Position numbers and translations under genes: made by a program. Shown piece after piece: positions 1 to 12,397 of a DNA stretch of 64,000 nt. The stretch is from NCBI GenBank assembly GCA_000165425.1, contig CT867997.1:186001-250000 (forward strand), in the 5' to 3' direction. Source of the stretch: Paramecium tetraurelia (lineage: Eukaryota). The notes beneath the pieces were generated by a model. That model saw only the letters and a program-made list of their open reading frames with translations. It was not told the origin of the DNA and made no database searches. Within the stretch, counting starts at the first letter, position 1. Every line of letters starts with the position of its first letter.

Positions 1-488
1 CAACAATTACATTCTCACTCTTCCTAATTTTATAATGTCTCCTATTTTTAAATCTCTATGCTAAATATATAATTAAATTAATACATCGATGGATGAAAAT
101 TAATTGCTTTCTAATTTCAATACTGCCCATAATTTATGATCTTGCTATTGAGATATACAGTTAATATAAGCTTCCTGTTCATTCAAAGTGATATTCACCA
201 ATTCAATCTAATTCCGAGCCCATTCAGTTTAGGTTAATGCCAGTAGTTCTTTGTCCACTATTGCTATTTAAGCTAAAGATGTAATTCTAAACAAAATACA
301 TGAAAAATCAACTTCGATTTCTTTTACAAAATATGAATTGGAGTCAAAGTCGAATAAATTATGTTAATTCTTTGGCCAAATTACTGCTACAATATGAACT
401 CTATATTAGTGACATTTACCTACTTATAAGGCATTAAAGTTCTATTAATCTCGTATCTTTTTATTTTTGTTGATGTGCAAGCTCCCAT
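1..488 (-). CDS. 5' part of an FHA-domain (probably FHA + RING-variant) protein with N-terminal acylation motif; runs off window start
   Basis: ATG 488: MGACTSTK..., WPKNQHNLFDFDS, then HRDLKIGDIIKLGRVR (FHA-type GDxIxLGR); intron at 61-84. RING part not visible in the window. Confidence 0.6.
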
Positions 489-1121
489 AAATAATTTATT
501 TTTATTTATTAAATATTATTTTCTTATTTAATATGAATCTAATTAATAATGACGGATTAAATTGGATTTCCTAAAATAGTTTCCAATTAATTTCCCCCAA
601 GTGATAATTTAATTTAACTCTTCAACTTTATAAGTTCATCTTTATATTCAACTACATTAAAATGGAAGAAAAATATGAATCATTCAACAACTAAGCAATA
701 TACTAATTAGGAATGCTTATAATTTAATTTTATCAAACTATGGATAATTATTTCCATCATTCTTTTTAAAAAATATACTATAAAATTATTTGAATTTAAT
801 AATAAAATAATGAAATATAAATCAATCTCAAATCCATAAACTACTTTTAGAAATATATTAATTGGTATTAATACTAAGAGTATAAAGTATTGTTTACTCT
901 AATGTTAATATATACATCAATAATTAATTAAGGCGCGTATTTGAAGGTATTTTTATTAACAAATATTTCTAAAAAAATGTTTATATATATAGATTTCAGA
1001 AATGTTTAAGAGGCAAATTCATAGTTTATTTAAACAATTTTAAATTATCAAATTGTTGTATATTGGTTGTTAATTTATATTATAAATTACTATATTTTAG
1101 AAATAATAAATTAAATTTAAA

Positions 1122-2706
1122 ATGTCCTTGGAACGAATGAGAAAGAGTATTCAAATAATCTTTGGAATTGATAAGAATAAAACGACTAGAGAACCGTTAA
1201 TTCAAGAGAGAATTTAGCAAGAATTTTTATTTGATTCAAAAATGAATGAGTAACATCAAAATAAATTCTCAATGATGAATCAATAAAGGAAGAGATCTAA
1301 CTAATATTATTATGCTTTAGATAGATTGAGGACATTTTATTAAAATAAAGCCTAAAATAATGAATATGAACAAATTCCTGTCATCACATATCTTGGAGAT
1401 AATACAGAAGTAATTGGGTTATTTCAAGTAATAGAAAAAACTAAATTTGAATATGAATCATGCTAGATGGAATTAGTAAGATCGATTTCATGATAATGAC
1501 AGCTCCAATTATAGTTCATAGTTTGGTGAAAAATTAGTTCAAAAAAGTTCTAATCTAATGGCTAGCGTGAGCAAACAGGATTTTAAGCCTTACTATGTTC
1601 AAGAGTAATATCGAGATAATAGTAATAACTAATAATAGTCGATATCTTAATAGCATCAAAATAATCTATTGTAGTCTCAAAGACAATAAACAATTTTTGG
1701 CGGAAACAGGTCCAAAGTTCATTTTTTCAGGGAAGACAAATAATCAAGATCTAAAAGCAGTAAACCAGAATCTAACTTTAAAAGATTAGGAGGAATATTG
1801 GAGGATGACTTTTTCATTCCTTCTTTTTTAAAAGATCAAGATGCTCAAGATAAAAAGTAGAACCAAAAAGAGGTTTAATCTAATAATAAGTTTATAGGGA
1901 TTTAACCATATAATACCACCAATTTAAATAAAATCAATGCTGCAGAATCTTAAATATAATTAAGTGGATTTCAGCAGGATTTTAATGAATTTCATGCTTT
2001 AAATCAAGCTGATAAATTAAGAGAAAATGATCAAATTAGTAAAAAACCAATAACACATAAAAAATCGAATTAAATTAAGTTTTGGGAAAAAGATTCAAAT
2101 AATGAGAAAAATCCCTTCATCATTTAAACTGATGAGACACCTCATTGGGAAAATAGATTTAAACCTCCTTGGCAAATTTCAAATCCAATGCAAAGTGTCT
2201 ACAATGAGTTTGATGCATTTGATAAATCTGAAAATCTATCAGCCAAAGATTATGAATAACAATAAGAAATTCAAGAACTAAAATCATAGGCCTCATTTGA
2301 ATAGCAAGTAAATATTTCCTTTGGGGGCTGCGATATCAATTTGTCTGATGATCATAAGGATGAATCTATTGAAAGAAAACCTCCAAAGAACTCCTTAATT
2401 TTTGACACTTTTGTTAATCCGAAGTTTAATTTTGAAAATCAAACTCCTTTATCAAAGGAAAAGGCTATTAACATATAAAAACTATAAGATTTTTCAGAAT
2501 AAACACCTGTATTTAAATAACAGGAGGAAAATAAATAAACTTTTAACTAATAAAAAAATAATAAAATTTAAGGTGATTAATAAATGATGTTGATGAATAA
2601 AAATGGTAAGGAAGATATTTAAAAAAATCTGGCAAATGAATTTAATGCCTAAGAAAACTAATCTCCAAAAAGATCTAAAAATAACTAATTATAAGTAATT
2701 CAATGA
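1122..2706 (+). CDS. Hypothetical Q/N/K-rich low-complexity protein
   Basis: Open in ciliate code from ATG 1122, with a 25-nt intron 1411-1435, to TGA 2704-2706; no recognisable domain. Confidence 0.7.
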
Positions 2707-2748
2707 TCATGTGTTTTGAATGTAAATAGTAAATTTGTATTATTACTA

Positions 2749-3512
2749 TCAGTATGATGTGATCTTTTCTTTTGTTACCATTATTCTAATTCCAATATTC
2801 TTTAATCTTTCCTGGATGTCTATCTCTCAAATTATCTTTTGAGTCTAGTTTCTTATTCCTCCAATTCAAACTCTATATATAAATTTAAATTATACACATT
2901 TATTATTTTTAATCATTTAACTACTTTTAGAGAATATCTTAAAATAGTTTTTATTATTCTTTTAGATCAATTTCTAATTTTTGCACTTAGGACTCTAAAG
3001 ATTATATTTAGATTTTATCATTTTAAGAGGCTCTGAATTTATTTGAAGATTTACTTTCTTAATTGGTTGTTTTCCTCTTCTAATATCTTGATTTTATTTC
3101 CATAATGTTATTCGATAGTTTTAAGTCTTTCTACAATGTTGATTGAGGTGCTTCCTTGATTTGGGGATGGCATTCCTGAATGAATAGGACTATTAACAAC
3201 AATAGATTATTGTTAGGGCTAGAATTTTTCAAAAGTTTGGGTCTTAATCTATTGTCTGCTTCTGCAAATTCTATAGGAGTTATTATTTTCTATAATATCT
3301 GACTTTTTTAATTAAGAATTTTCCATATTTGACACAGGTGTATATTGGTAATTGTTTAGAATCTCATCCTATTATTTCGTGGGCTCGTCTGAGTTTATAA
3401 TGGATTTGGGTTGTGTTCTTTTAATTGTGTTAATATTTGACTCTTTAAGTAATTTTAGAATTGTTTCATCAAATTTGTTTAGATATGTATTCACCTATTC
3501 TAACTTCTTCAT
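2749..3512 (-). CDS. Hypothetical coiled-coil protein
   Basis: MKKLEQVNTYLNKFDETILKLL...; one tiny intron near 2873-2895; E/K/Q-rich C-terminus; TGA 2751-2749. Confidence 0.65.
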
Positions 3513-3541
3513 TTAAATTATTAATATATATTTAATTGATA

Positions 3542-4087
3542 TCATTTTTCATTATTAGCTTCTTGAGTAGGTTTATCATTCTTTGTTTAATCACCTTTCT
3601 TCCAATAATTATCTAATGCCTATTCCATTTTTGATTTCCCTAAATAATACAACATGTGGTATACTTTGTATATCTTTGGCTATCTTATAAACATCTGAGT
3701 TAATTCTATTCTTTCTGCCAGTTTTGATGAACCTTTACTACTTTTCACCCTATCCAATTAAAATAAGATTTACATTCTAATTATTTTATTTGAACCCAAA
3801 TCTTCTTCTTCGCTATGTATTTTGTTATTTAAATCCTTATCCTTTATTAATTTCCTCTTCCTCTTTTAAGGTCTTCCTCCTCTGTTTTGATTTCTTGGCC
3901 TATTGTAACCTGAATTAGAATTTTAATTAGATGGTCTTCTAAACTAAGTATTTTTAAAATTTCCTTGTTGATTGTTAGATCTGTTATTATTATTTCTGTT
4001 GCCTCTGAAAGTTTGATTTCCACCTCTAAATGATCTTCCATTGGTTTGTCCTCCTCTTTTATTCGAACCACCTCTAAATTATCTCAT
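3542..4087 (-). CDS. RG/RGG-rich protein with C-terminal UAP56-binding-motif-like segment (CHTOP/ALYREF-like)
   Basis: MRQFRGGSNKRGGQTNGRSFRGG...; two introns; C-terminal KMEQALDNYWKK. Confidence 0.6.
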
Positions 4088-4193
4088 CTAAATAAATTAT
4101 AGAAATCAATATATTGATTTTCAAAACTATATATACATCAGTTATATGATATTTGTTAGAATAACATATGAAAATAACAGACATTCATAAAAA

Positions 4194-4706
4194 TCATAAT
4201 TTAAACTTCTCCAATTGTTCCACCATCTACTATGTATCAGTGACTGAAGATTTAAGCTTCATGATCCAATAACTTAAAAAACTTTGCAATTCACATTTCA
4301 TCTAACAAAATCTTTACTCGTAATTTTCATCTGGTTTTATCTTCTTTTTTTGAGTTTCATTCATCAATTCCTATGGCTAAGCCTTTTTTATGATCTTGAT
4401 TTCCAAAGTTTATTTAACTGGTTGTTCTGCACTTGGCTAAACCTATGTCTGAGTTGGAGTTGTATTTTAAGTGTTTTTATCACCCTATTAGGTTTGGGAA
4501 CTCTACTGTTATTCAGAATCATTCTTTATTTATGAATTAGGAGAGGTTGAAGCTATTTAATTGTTGTTGTTGGCTACTCTTTTGTTCTCATCAATTATTT
4601 ATAGCAACTACCTCATTTTTTCACTTTCTGATCTAAACACCATCTAAGGCTTCTGTTTTTTACAATAAGCTCTCTTTATTGCTTTTTTAGGTTAATTCTA
4701 GTCCAT
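4194..4706 (-). CDS. Hypothetical protein, single exon, 170 aa
   Basis: Continuous ORF MDQNQPKKAIKRAYC... to ...VEQLEKFKL TGA in ciliate code. Confidence 0.65.
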
Positions 4707-4908
4707 ATTTTGTAAAATAGGCTATTAAACTACTTAAATAATATTTCCTGGAATCTTGAAAGCTTAAATTGAAAAGGTAAAATAAAACAATGCTTTGTAA
4801 TATGCCTTTATTTAATATTCAAAAATATATGTATTAATTGCCCTATATTTTTGATTATTATAAATGCGAATTATAATCTAATCATTCAATTTTTATAATA
4901 AACATATA

Positions 4909-6245
4909 TCAATTTAAAATCTATCTAGGGGTGTTTAGGATGTTCAATTTTGCCAAAAGGAGATTTTTTTAATTTGCATCAACATGCACAGTTGTATTTC
5001 TATTAGCCAATAAACTCACAATTAAATTTCTAGTTATAGAGTGAAATTGTACTTGCTCGATTGATTTACATGGAATGTATTTGCTTTCAAAGATTTCTTT
5101 TAGTTAAATCGTTATTTTTGCAATTAGACATTTCTTGTTGTCGTTGGCGATTCAATGTTTTTTTAGAGACTCCTTAAAGATGTGTTACTAGTAATCGCCT
5201 TCGCTTTCATTTTGTTTTTTAATTCTAATTTTACCTTTACTCTTTATTTTACTATAAATTAATAATAATTATGTTTACATAAACTTAAAATCTGGGCATG
5301 AGCAGTTTTGGATGTCTTGTTTCTAGAAGTCCAACAGTTTTAGTTGAAATTTTAAGTTTTGAAGGAATCGCTCTTGTCTTACTTTTATTTATAGTTCCTT
5401 TGAGTTTGACTGGTTGCTTTTTATTAATTTATTATTAAGTTGATTTTTTTAAGTTTCTCTGAGTTTATGAATTACTATAATCTTTGTTCATTCAGAATAA
5501 ATTGTTGATTTTTGATTATTTATTATAAGTTTGGTTGCTTTCTCATTGGATTAGCATTTAAAGCAGAAATAATTTCATTAATTTCACTTTGCTAAGTTTG
5601 TGTCCTTTATTTTAACTCTGTATTCAATTCATCCAAAACATTTCCAACTACTTAACCTGATTCCTAAGATGATTTGGGAGTGCTTTAGGATTCTTAAGGT
5701 TGTTCTCCCACAATACCTTTTGGAGTTCTATTGGGGTTTTGTTGGTTTTCCAATTCAATGAGATGTTGTATTTTATAGTATTCCAATTTCCTTCTTTGAT
5801 TGTAAAATTCGTTTAGGATGGAAACTATTTATTCATTAACGGCCCACCTTGGAATATCCTTATGGAACTGCAAAGGTTATGAATTATGTATACTCTATAA
5901 AATTCAACCAAAATCTTGATTTTCTTTGGATATGATTATAACGAGTAGAGCTTTTTGCATTGTTCCACTTCTTAATCATATTATTCTAAATCCTTGTCAA
6001 AATTGAAAATATTATACTTTAAACCAAATTGTAGCCTTTGTTGGTTAGTTGAGTATCAAATCATTAATTACCTTGGTGTAATAATAGTTTTGAGATTCAG
6101 CATATTTATTATAAAGGGATGAAGTGATTCTTTATGATAGAGAGACTTTCTTAAATAATAATCTAACAATGCTCTACCTTTCATTCTAATTTTGTCTTGA
6201 TTCGCCCCATACAGTACCTTTCTGCTTGGAATACAAATAAGGCAT
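4909..6245 (-). CDS. Uncharacterised ciliate-family protein
   Basis: MPYLYSKQ...NKYAESQNYYYTKVINDLIL...YPKKIKILVEFYRFHKDIPRW...; two introns near 5868-5893 and 5994-6018; low-complexity tail; TGA 4911-4909. Start uncertain because of an out-of-frame ATG at 6250. Confidence 0.65.
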
Positions 6246-7237
6246 TCCATTTTGAAATAAAATAAATTTAAATTAAATCAAATAACTTGCATAAAACGAT
6301 AAGGGTAAATGAGTTAACAATTAAACTTAATGTGAAATTAAATTATTAAAAAAACATAATTATATACACAAGATGAAGTTAAATATAAGAAAGCTTAAAT
6401 ATGTGTAATATCATTATAAAGTTAATTTTGATTTCTGAATAATAATAATAATATAATAAAGGAAATTTAGTAATAAATTTATGAATTAATATAGGATAGT
6501 CTAATTTTTTATTCGTTTAATATGTTTTTATGTATCATTAGCTAAGAAGAGATGTCTAAACTAAATTGAAAGCAATGATAGAATAGAATAAGTTTATAAT
6601 CCTTATTTTATATTATATAGATACTTTTAGAATACTGATATCTTATTAAATAATTAAAACTATGTGAGATTATTGCATTAAAGTTCACACAATCATCATT
6701 AGTTAAATGATTTAATAATTGAGATTGAGAACTGAATTAGTTTATATTGAGTGGAAATAAGTGAAGGAATTAAAAACTGTAAATAAAAGTAAACCCACCT
6801 AATAAAACAAATTAATCAATTGAAATTAATTTACACTAAGTGTCAGTCTTTTTTATAAAAGCAGATTAGTTTATTTACTATATAAGGAATGAATTTAAGA
6901 ACTTTAATTAAATAAATTTGCAAATACTAGAATATAGAGATTAGAATTGATACATAAAAAGTCTATCACTATCAAAGTAGAACTATAAGATGATGATAAA
7001 GTTAATTAAATAAATTTATTACAAACGTATTATTTAATTAATGAATAATGATATAAGATAATTTATAAAGTGTTCTTAATGCGATGGAGACAAATAAATT
7101 TAGTGACATTATTCTTAACTATAATTTGAAGATAGACTATCATCTAAGTGGAAGATAACATTTATATTAATAAATATTGAAAATGTTTTATATAGAATTC
7201 TCGCGATTGAGTAAATAATGAATATAAATAATATTAT

Positions 7238-10200
7238 ATGAATCATAATAGATAATTTTAAAGTTTAAGAAGTGTTCCAGATGTGCAGGAAACTGATGAA
7301 ACAGAAGATCGAATATTTTATTAGATGGTAGGGACAACGCAAGAAGAATCTCATATTATCACAAATAGTGACCGCACGGCTATTGAGGAGTGGATGAAGT
7401 TACAATAAAGCTTAAAGGAAGAGTAATACAAAATGAGATAGGAGGATGAACTTAAAAACAAATTGTTGGATGAATTAAAACATGAAAGCAAGAATTATTA
7501 CTAAACCTACATCAACGTATTGGTCGAGAGCAATATGAATCAAGAGCAAAAGACATTGGAGGAATCTACATCTAGATTATTTAGAAATGCAGAAACCAAT
7601 GTGAAGTTGATATTTGAAAAATTGTCGAATACAAAAGTATGTTCTGCAATATTCCAACATCACAACAATACAAATCGGACTACAGATATTGAGACTCTTA
7701 TACGAACATTCATAAATAGTATCTATGATAACATTGCATGTGGATCTATGTGGAAATAACCAATTTTGAAATTGATGAGTGAAATAATTACAACAGAAGT
7801 CAATCGATAAGAATTTCCTGAATTTTTGTGGGATCGTGAAGAAACATTAACCCAATTTATTATGAAAGAATTTGCAAAACGACCTGAAAATGTCAAATAC
7901 ACTAAAGTGATATTTAAAAACTCTTTGATTCAAATTACTAAAGTCGATAAATTTTTGGATTTAGACAAAAGGAAAATTGCAGAAAAATTGAGAGATATAA
8001 AAAAGGAATAAGATAAAAAATAGAAAGATGAGAAACAATCAATGACATCATCTGCTTTTATCGTTAAGCAAGTCCCCATCATGCAAAATTCCTCACATAA
8101 ATCAATACCTTAAAGACAAATACCCATTATCTTGCCAATTAAAAATATAGAAGTACCCTAATAAAATATGACAGTCTATTATGCTAATTTAATAAAATAA
8201 TATGATCAATCAAAGAAAGCCAATACCAAACATTCCAGAAGAAATTAAAACCAATTAACTGAATTTTCATTAAAAGTTCTTTAATTTGGAGAAGAATAAA
8301 GGTAGGCCAAATTCTTAACCATGGAAAGACGAAGCATTCCACCTATTTAAGAATCTCATTCAGAATCACCCATTCGAAAATTATCAGAAGTTTATAGCCA
8401 TAATAGTAGATCTGATCAATATATGAATAATGAAATTAATAGTGTGTTGATAGCATGCATAGATAAATTTAAACAGCTGGTAAACAATATCATGGAGAAC
8501 ATTTTTAAGAATATATACTTAATACCTCAAGGCATTCGTATTATTTGTAAAATGATTCAAATCACAATCTTAAAAAAGTTTCCAGATGCCACTGAATAGC
8601 AAATATAAGAGAATATCTTTAGTTTCTTATTTAATGTTTGGTTGATACCTTAATTGGTATTCCCAAAACAATATTCCTCTTTTAAATATATACGTGAAGA
8701 TCATGAAAACACTGTTTAATAAATTCATACCATCATTAAAAAAATGATTAAGAACCAGAAATACAATGATGATCCTTAATACAATAGATTAAATTAGTAT
8801 ATGTAAGATTTGTAACCCTCTCTTAAAGATTATCTTCAAGAAATCTTGAATTTGTGTCCTGATTCTGTTAGTGCTATAATTAATGATACTAATAAAATAG
8901 ATGGAATACAATCTAATTGTGTTTGCATAGCTTTGGATGAGATTAAAGTTCTTTGCTTATTATTATAGGATATGAAAACATTCAAAACTGAGTCTGCAGA
9001 TCTTCAAAAGGTCATTAATTAGCTTGTTATTTTGGCAACAAGAACCTTGGAAATAGATAAGCATGAAAACATATTCAGATAACAATCTAATTTATAGACT
9101 TAATAGTAAATATATGCACTAATCTTAAATTTTTCTATTCCAAATAACATCGTCTATTAAGAATAGGTACAGCCTTTGAAGAAGATGAAAGATGAAAAAT
9201 TGAGAAATTAAAGGAAACTTATTAATGCCTTGATGAAATGCTTGATCGAAATTCAAGATTTGGCTACTTCCACATCTGGAAATTAAGAAGAAACCAGTCT
9301 CAAAAGGGTTCTTACTAATTTTGTTGATGTAATTGTTTATTTAATAAATTTAGAAATACACCTATTTGGATGACAAAAAGACTGTATTCTAAATTAAATA
9401 CGTATTGGAACAACTAAAACTATTAAACAAAGAGGATTTGCAAAGCAATTTAAGAAATATTTATTAAATTTTGAATTAGGAATTTTAAGAACGTTCAATG
9501 ATATTGACTGAACACATTCAATAAACTAAATATCAATTATTGAGTGCGAAGTATAATATTAAGAAAAATTATGAAGTGATGAGAGAGTCTTTTGAATAAT
9601 TAAGCTAAGAAAAAAGATAAAAATAATTATATGATTTCATTGAAAAAACACCCCTAACATTATGTGTCACATCTCCAAAAACAAGAGAAGGCTTATTTTC
9701 TATTAAAGCCATGAAACTCAGAAATAATAATAATAATGAATCCTTAGATGAAAATTAAATTTGGGTTGAACAATAGAGCGAATGCATTCACAACGCTATT
9801 AATCTAGAATTCATAAAACAGATTGTAGGAGGAGCCAGTCCCAACGACTAGAAGAAAAACTCTGAATTTTCAAATTCTCATTGTTCTGATATCAAATAAT
9901 TTATTGAAAACTTTTCATCACTTTAAGAAGTCAAAGATGCTGTCATTTCTGGAGAGGATAAGGCTGGTGTGAAGAATGCCTACTTTGAATTTATTTAAGC
10001 CTTAGCTACTTTTTTGAAAGGAAAGAACGAAATGAAAATAGATGAAATCTAAATGATGGATATGCTGGAAAAGTATGTCAGCAAACGTGTTTATGATAAG
10101 TAATAATTTAAGCATTATTGAGATAGAGTCTATCCAAAGGAGAGAACATACAAAGATGCTGGTCTTTACTTTAGAATTAAATCTTTGGAGTGGGTCAACT

Positions 10201-10753
10201 ATGACCATTTAGAAATAATTAAATAAAATAGAGTTGATGAAATGTGGGATTTAGCAGTAGAAGGTATCCTGTATTCTATGAAATTTTATAGCATTATTGA
10301 ACATCGATAATTGCAAGACAGCTGTTAATAAATTAGAAGCCATGATCTAATGTTCAAAAATCATGAATGATGTTCTCAAATTAACTTCATTAAAAGAGGA
10401 AGCTACATCTGCAGATACTGTGTTACCCATTCTTATTTACATTCTTATTAAAGCTGCTCCACAAAGATTGCATAGCAACTTAAACTTTGTCTCATTATTC
10501 TTAGACAAAAGCAAAACTGTGAGTCAGCAAGGCTATTGTTTGACCTAATTATAATTGGCAATACAATGGTTGGAAGAAGTGGATCATAAACTATTGAAAA
10601 TGGATTAGTTGAACTTTCTTGAGTAATTCTTATCTTTATCGTAGAACAATAACAAAAGCAGAAATTAGATATGGTATCCATTATTTAAAGAGAAGAAATA
10701 GATCAGAGAGAATTTCAATGCCTCTAAACAAAATTTAAGCACTTATCAATTGA
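7238..10753 (+). CDS. RasGAP-like + VPS9 domain protein (GAPVD1/RME-6-like Rab5 GEF)
   Basis: IPQGIRIICKMI...FLFNVWLIPQLVFP (RasGAP-like); SADTVLPILIYILIKAAPQRLHSNLNFV...GYCLT (VPS9); introns near 9329, 10264, 10623. Confidence 0.85.
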
Positions 10754-10992
10754 TTTAAATATCAAATTATAGTAATTTAACTTAACAAATTAAAATTAAA
10801 AACAAATCTCTTATTTATACATTTTATATATAGCATTTATATTAATAAGAATTTTTTGTTATACATTCTCAATAATTGAAAATATTGGAAATTACATTAA
10901 ATGATATATATCACCTATCCTAATAAAGTTAAAAATATTAGACTAAACTCAATATATATACAATTTATATATATATATTATTTATTTCTTTA

Positions 10993-12167
10993 TCAATCTT
11001 ATTCTTATAATGAAATTAAGTATCCTTGATCCCATTTACCCTTAATAACCTATCCATCAACAGTTGTAAATTCTCCTTCTCCATGCACTATTCCATCCTC
11101 AAACTCTCCAAAATATTGTTCTTGATTTGTAAGGATAAGTGTTCCCTGTCCATGCATTTTTCCTTATAAAAAGTTACCTAGTATAACTAAATAATATTAT
11201 GTACCTTCATATGAAGCCCATCCATTGCCAATAGATGTCATATTGTTCCAATCAATTGGTTCATTCAATTCTTCAGTTTGGAGATTTGTCAATCTTCCTT
11301 GACCCTCATAAAGGTTGTCTTTCCAATAGCCTGCATAAACTTATTGCCCATCAGCATCTGTTAAAATACCAAATCCATTTCTAGTTTAAGGGGGATATCC
11401 TTATCCTCTATAAATATATCCGTCTTCATATTGCAATGCCAATTCTAGAATAATTTGAATATAAATACCTTGAATATTTTCATCTTCATCCTCACCTTAA
11501 GGTTCATTAGATTTATTAGACTAGCGACCTTTGTTTCCAGAATCCTCTATTTAATATTTTTTGATGATTTCTTCTGTGCTTTTGAGTGCATTCTAATATC
11601 TCTTATCCAGATCCTCATCTGGTTGAGATTAGGGGACTGGTTGCTTTTTCTGAGGAGGAGGCGGCTATTGCTTTTATTAGTTAGGCTATGGATGATTGAC
11701 ACCTACAAAAATAAAATATTTAACATACTCTTATTTGGCTGTTATGGTTTTTAAGCTTAGGGTTGCTAAGAATTTCTTATTCTCTCTTAAACTTACTCTA
11801 GAGTTAGATACTATCTCTAAGGTGATTAATATTAAGGAGGTGGGGATCTTGGAACTTATTGAGATTGCATGAGTCCATTTCTTGATGGTGATTATGCTGC
11901 TTTCAATCTATCTGGAGATTGGAATGTTCTTTAAGGTGAAGCCATAATTTGACTCATCATTGGTTAAGGTTGGTGTGCTTGAGGTATGATAGGCTAAGTA
12001 TATGGATTATAAGGATAAGGCTGAGCAAATCTAAGACCAGAATAGCCATATTGTGGAGCATATTAGACAGGTGGTCTCCATTGCTATGGTACTTATGGAA
12101 GTACACCATAGGGAGGGTATCTGTATTACGGATATGCTTGGGGATAGAAGTGCTAAGGATAATACAT
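10993..12167 (-). CDS. MORN-repeat protein with Pro/Gln/Tyr-rich N-terminus
   Basis: MYYPQHFYPQAYPQY...; MORN motifs YAGYWKDNLYEGQG, YEGNFLQGKMHGQG, YFGEFEDGIVHGEG. Confidence 0.85.
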
Positions 12168-12397
12168 TAAATTAAAAACTTAATAATCAAATAGATTGAG
12201 AGATCATTTATCTTCTGTAGACCATAATAAAAACCTAGATGCCATGAAATAATCTCTGGATTTAGAAAATAAGGCAAAGAAATAGAGAATAATATTATTT
12301 TGATATACATCTGCAACCATTATACTATAATTAGATAATCGGGGAAATTCAAATAATATATTGGGGAGATTGATGAATGCATAAATTTATTAAAAAT

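Noticed and set aside
11455..12170. Hydrophobic + strand ORFs in the track (also 4284-4535, 47707-48482, 62006-62233)
   Set aside because: Antisense shadows of Q/E/K-rich minus-strand genes.
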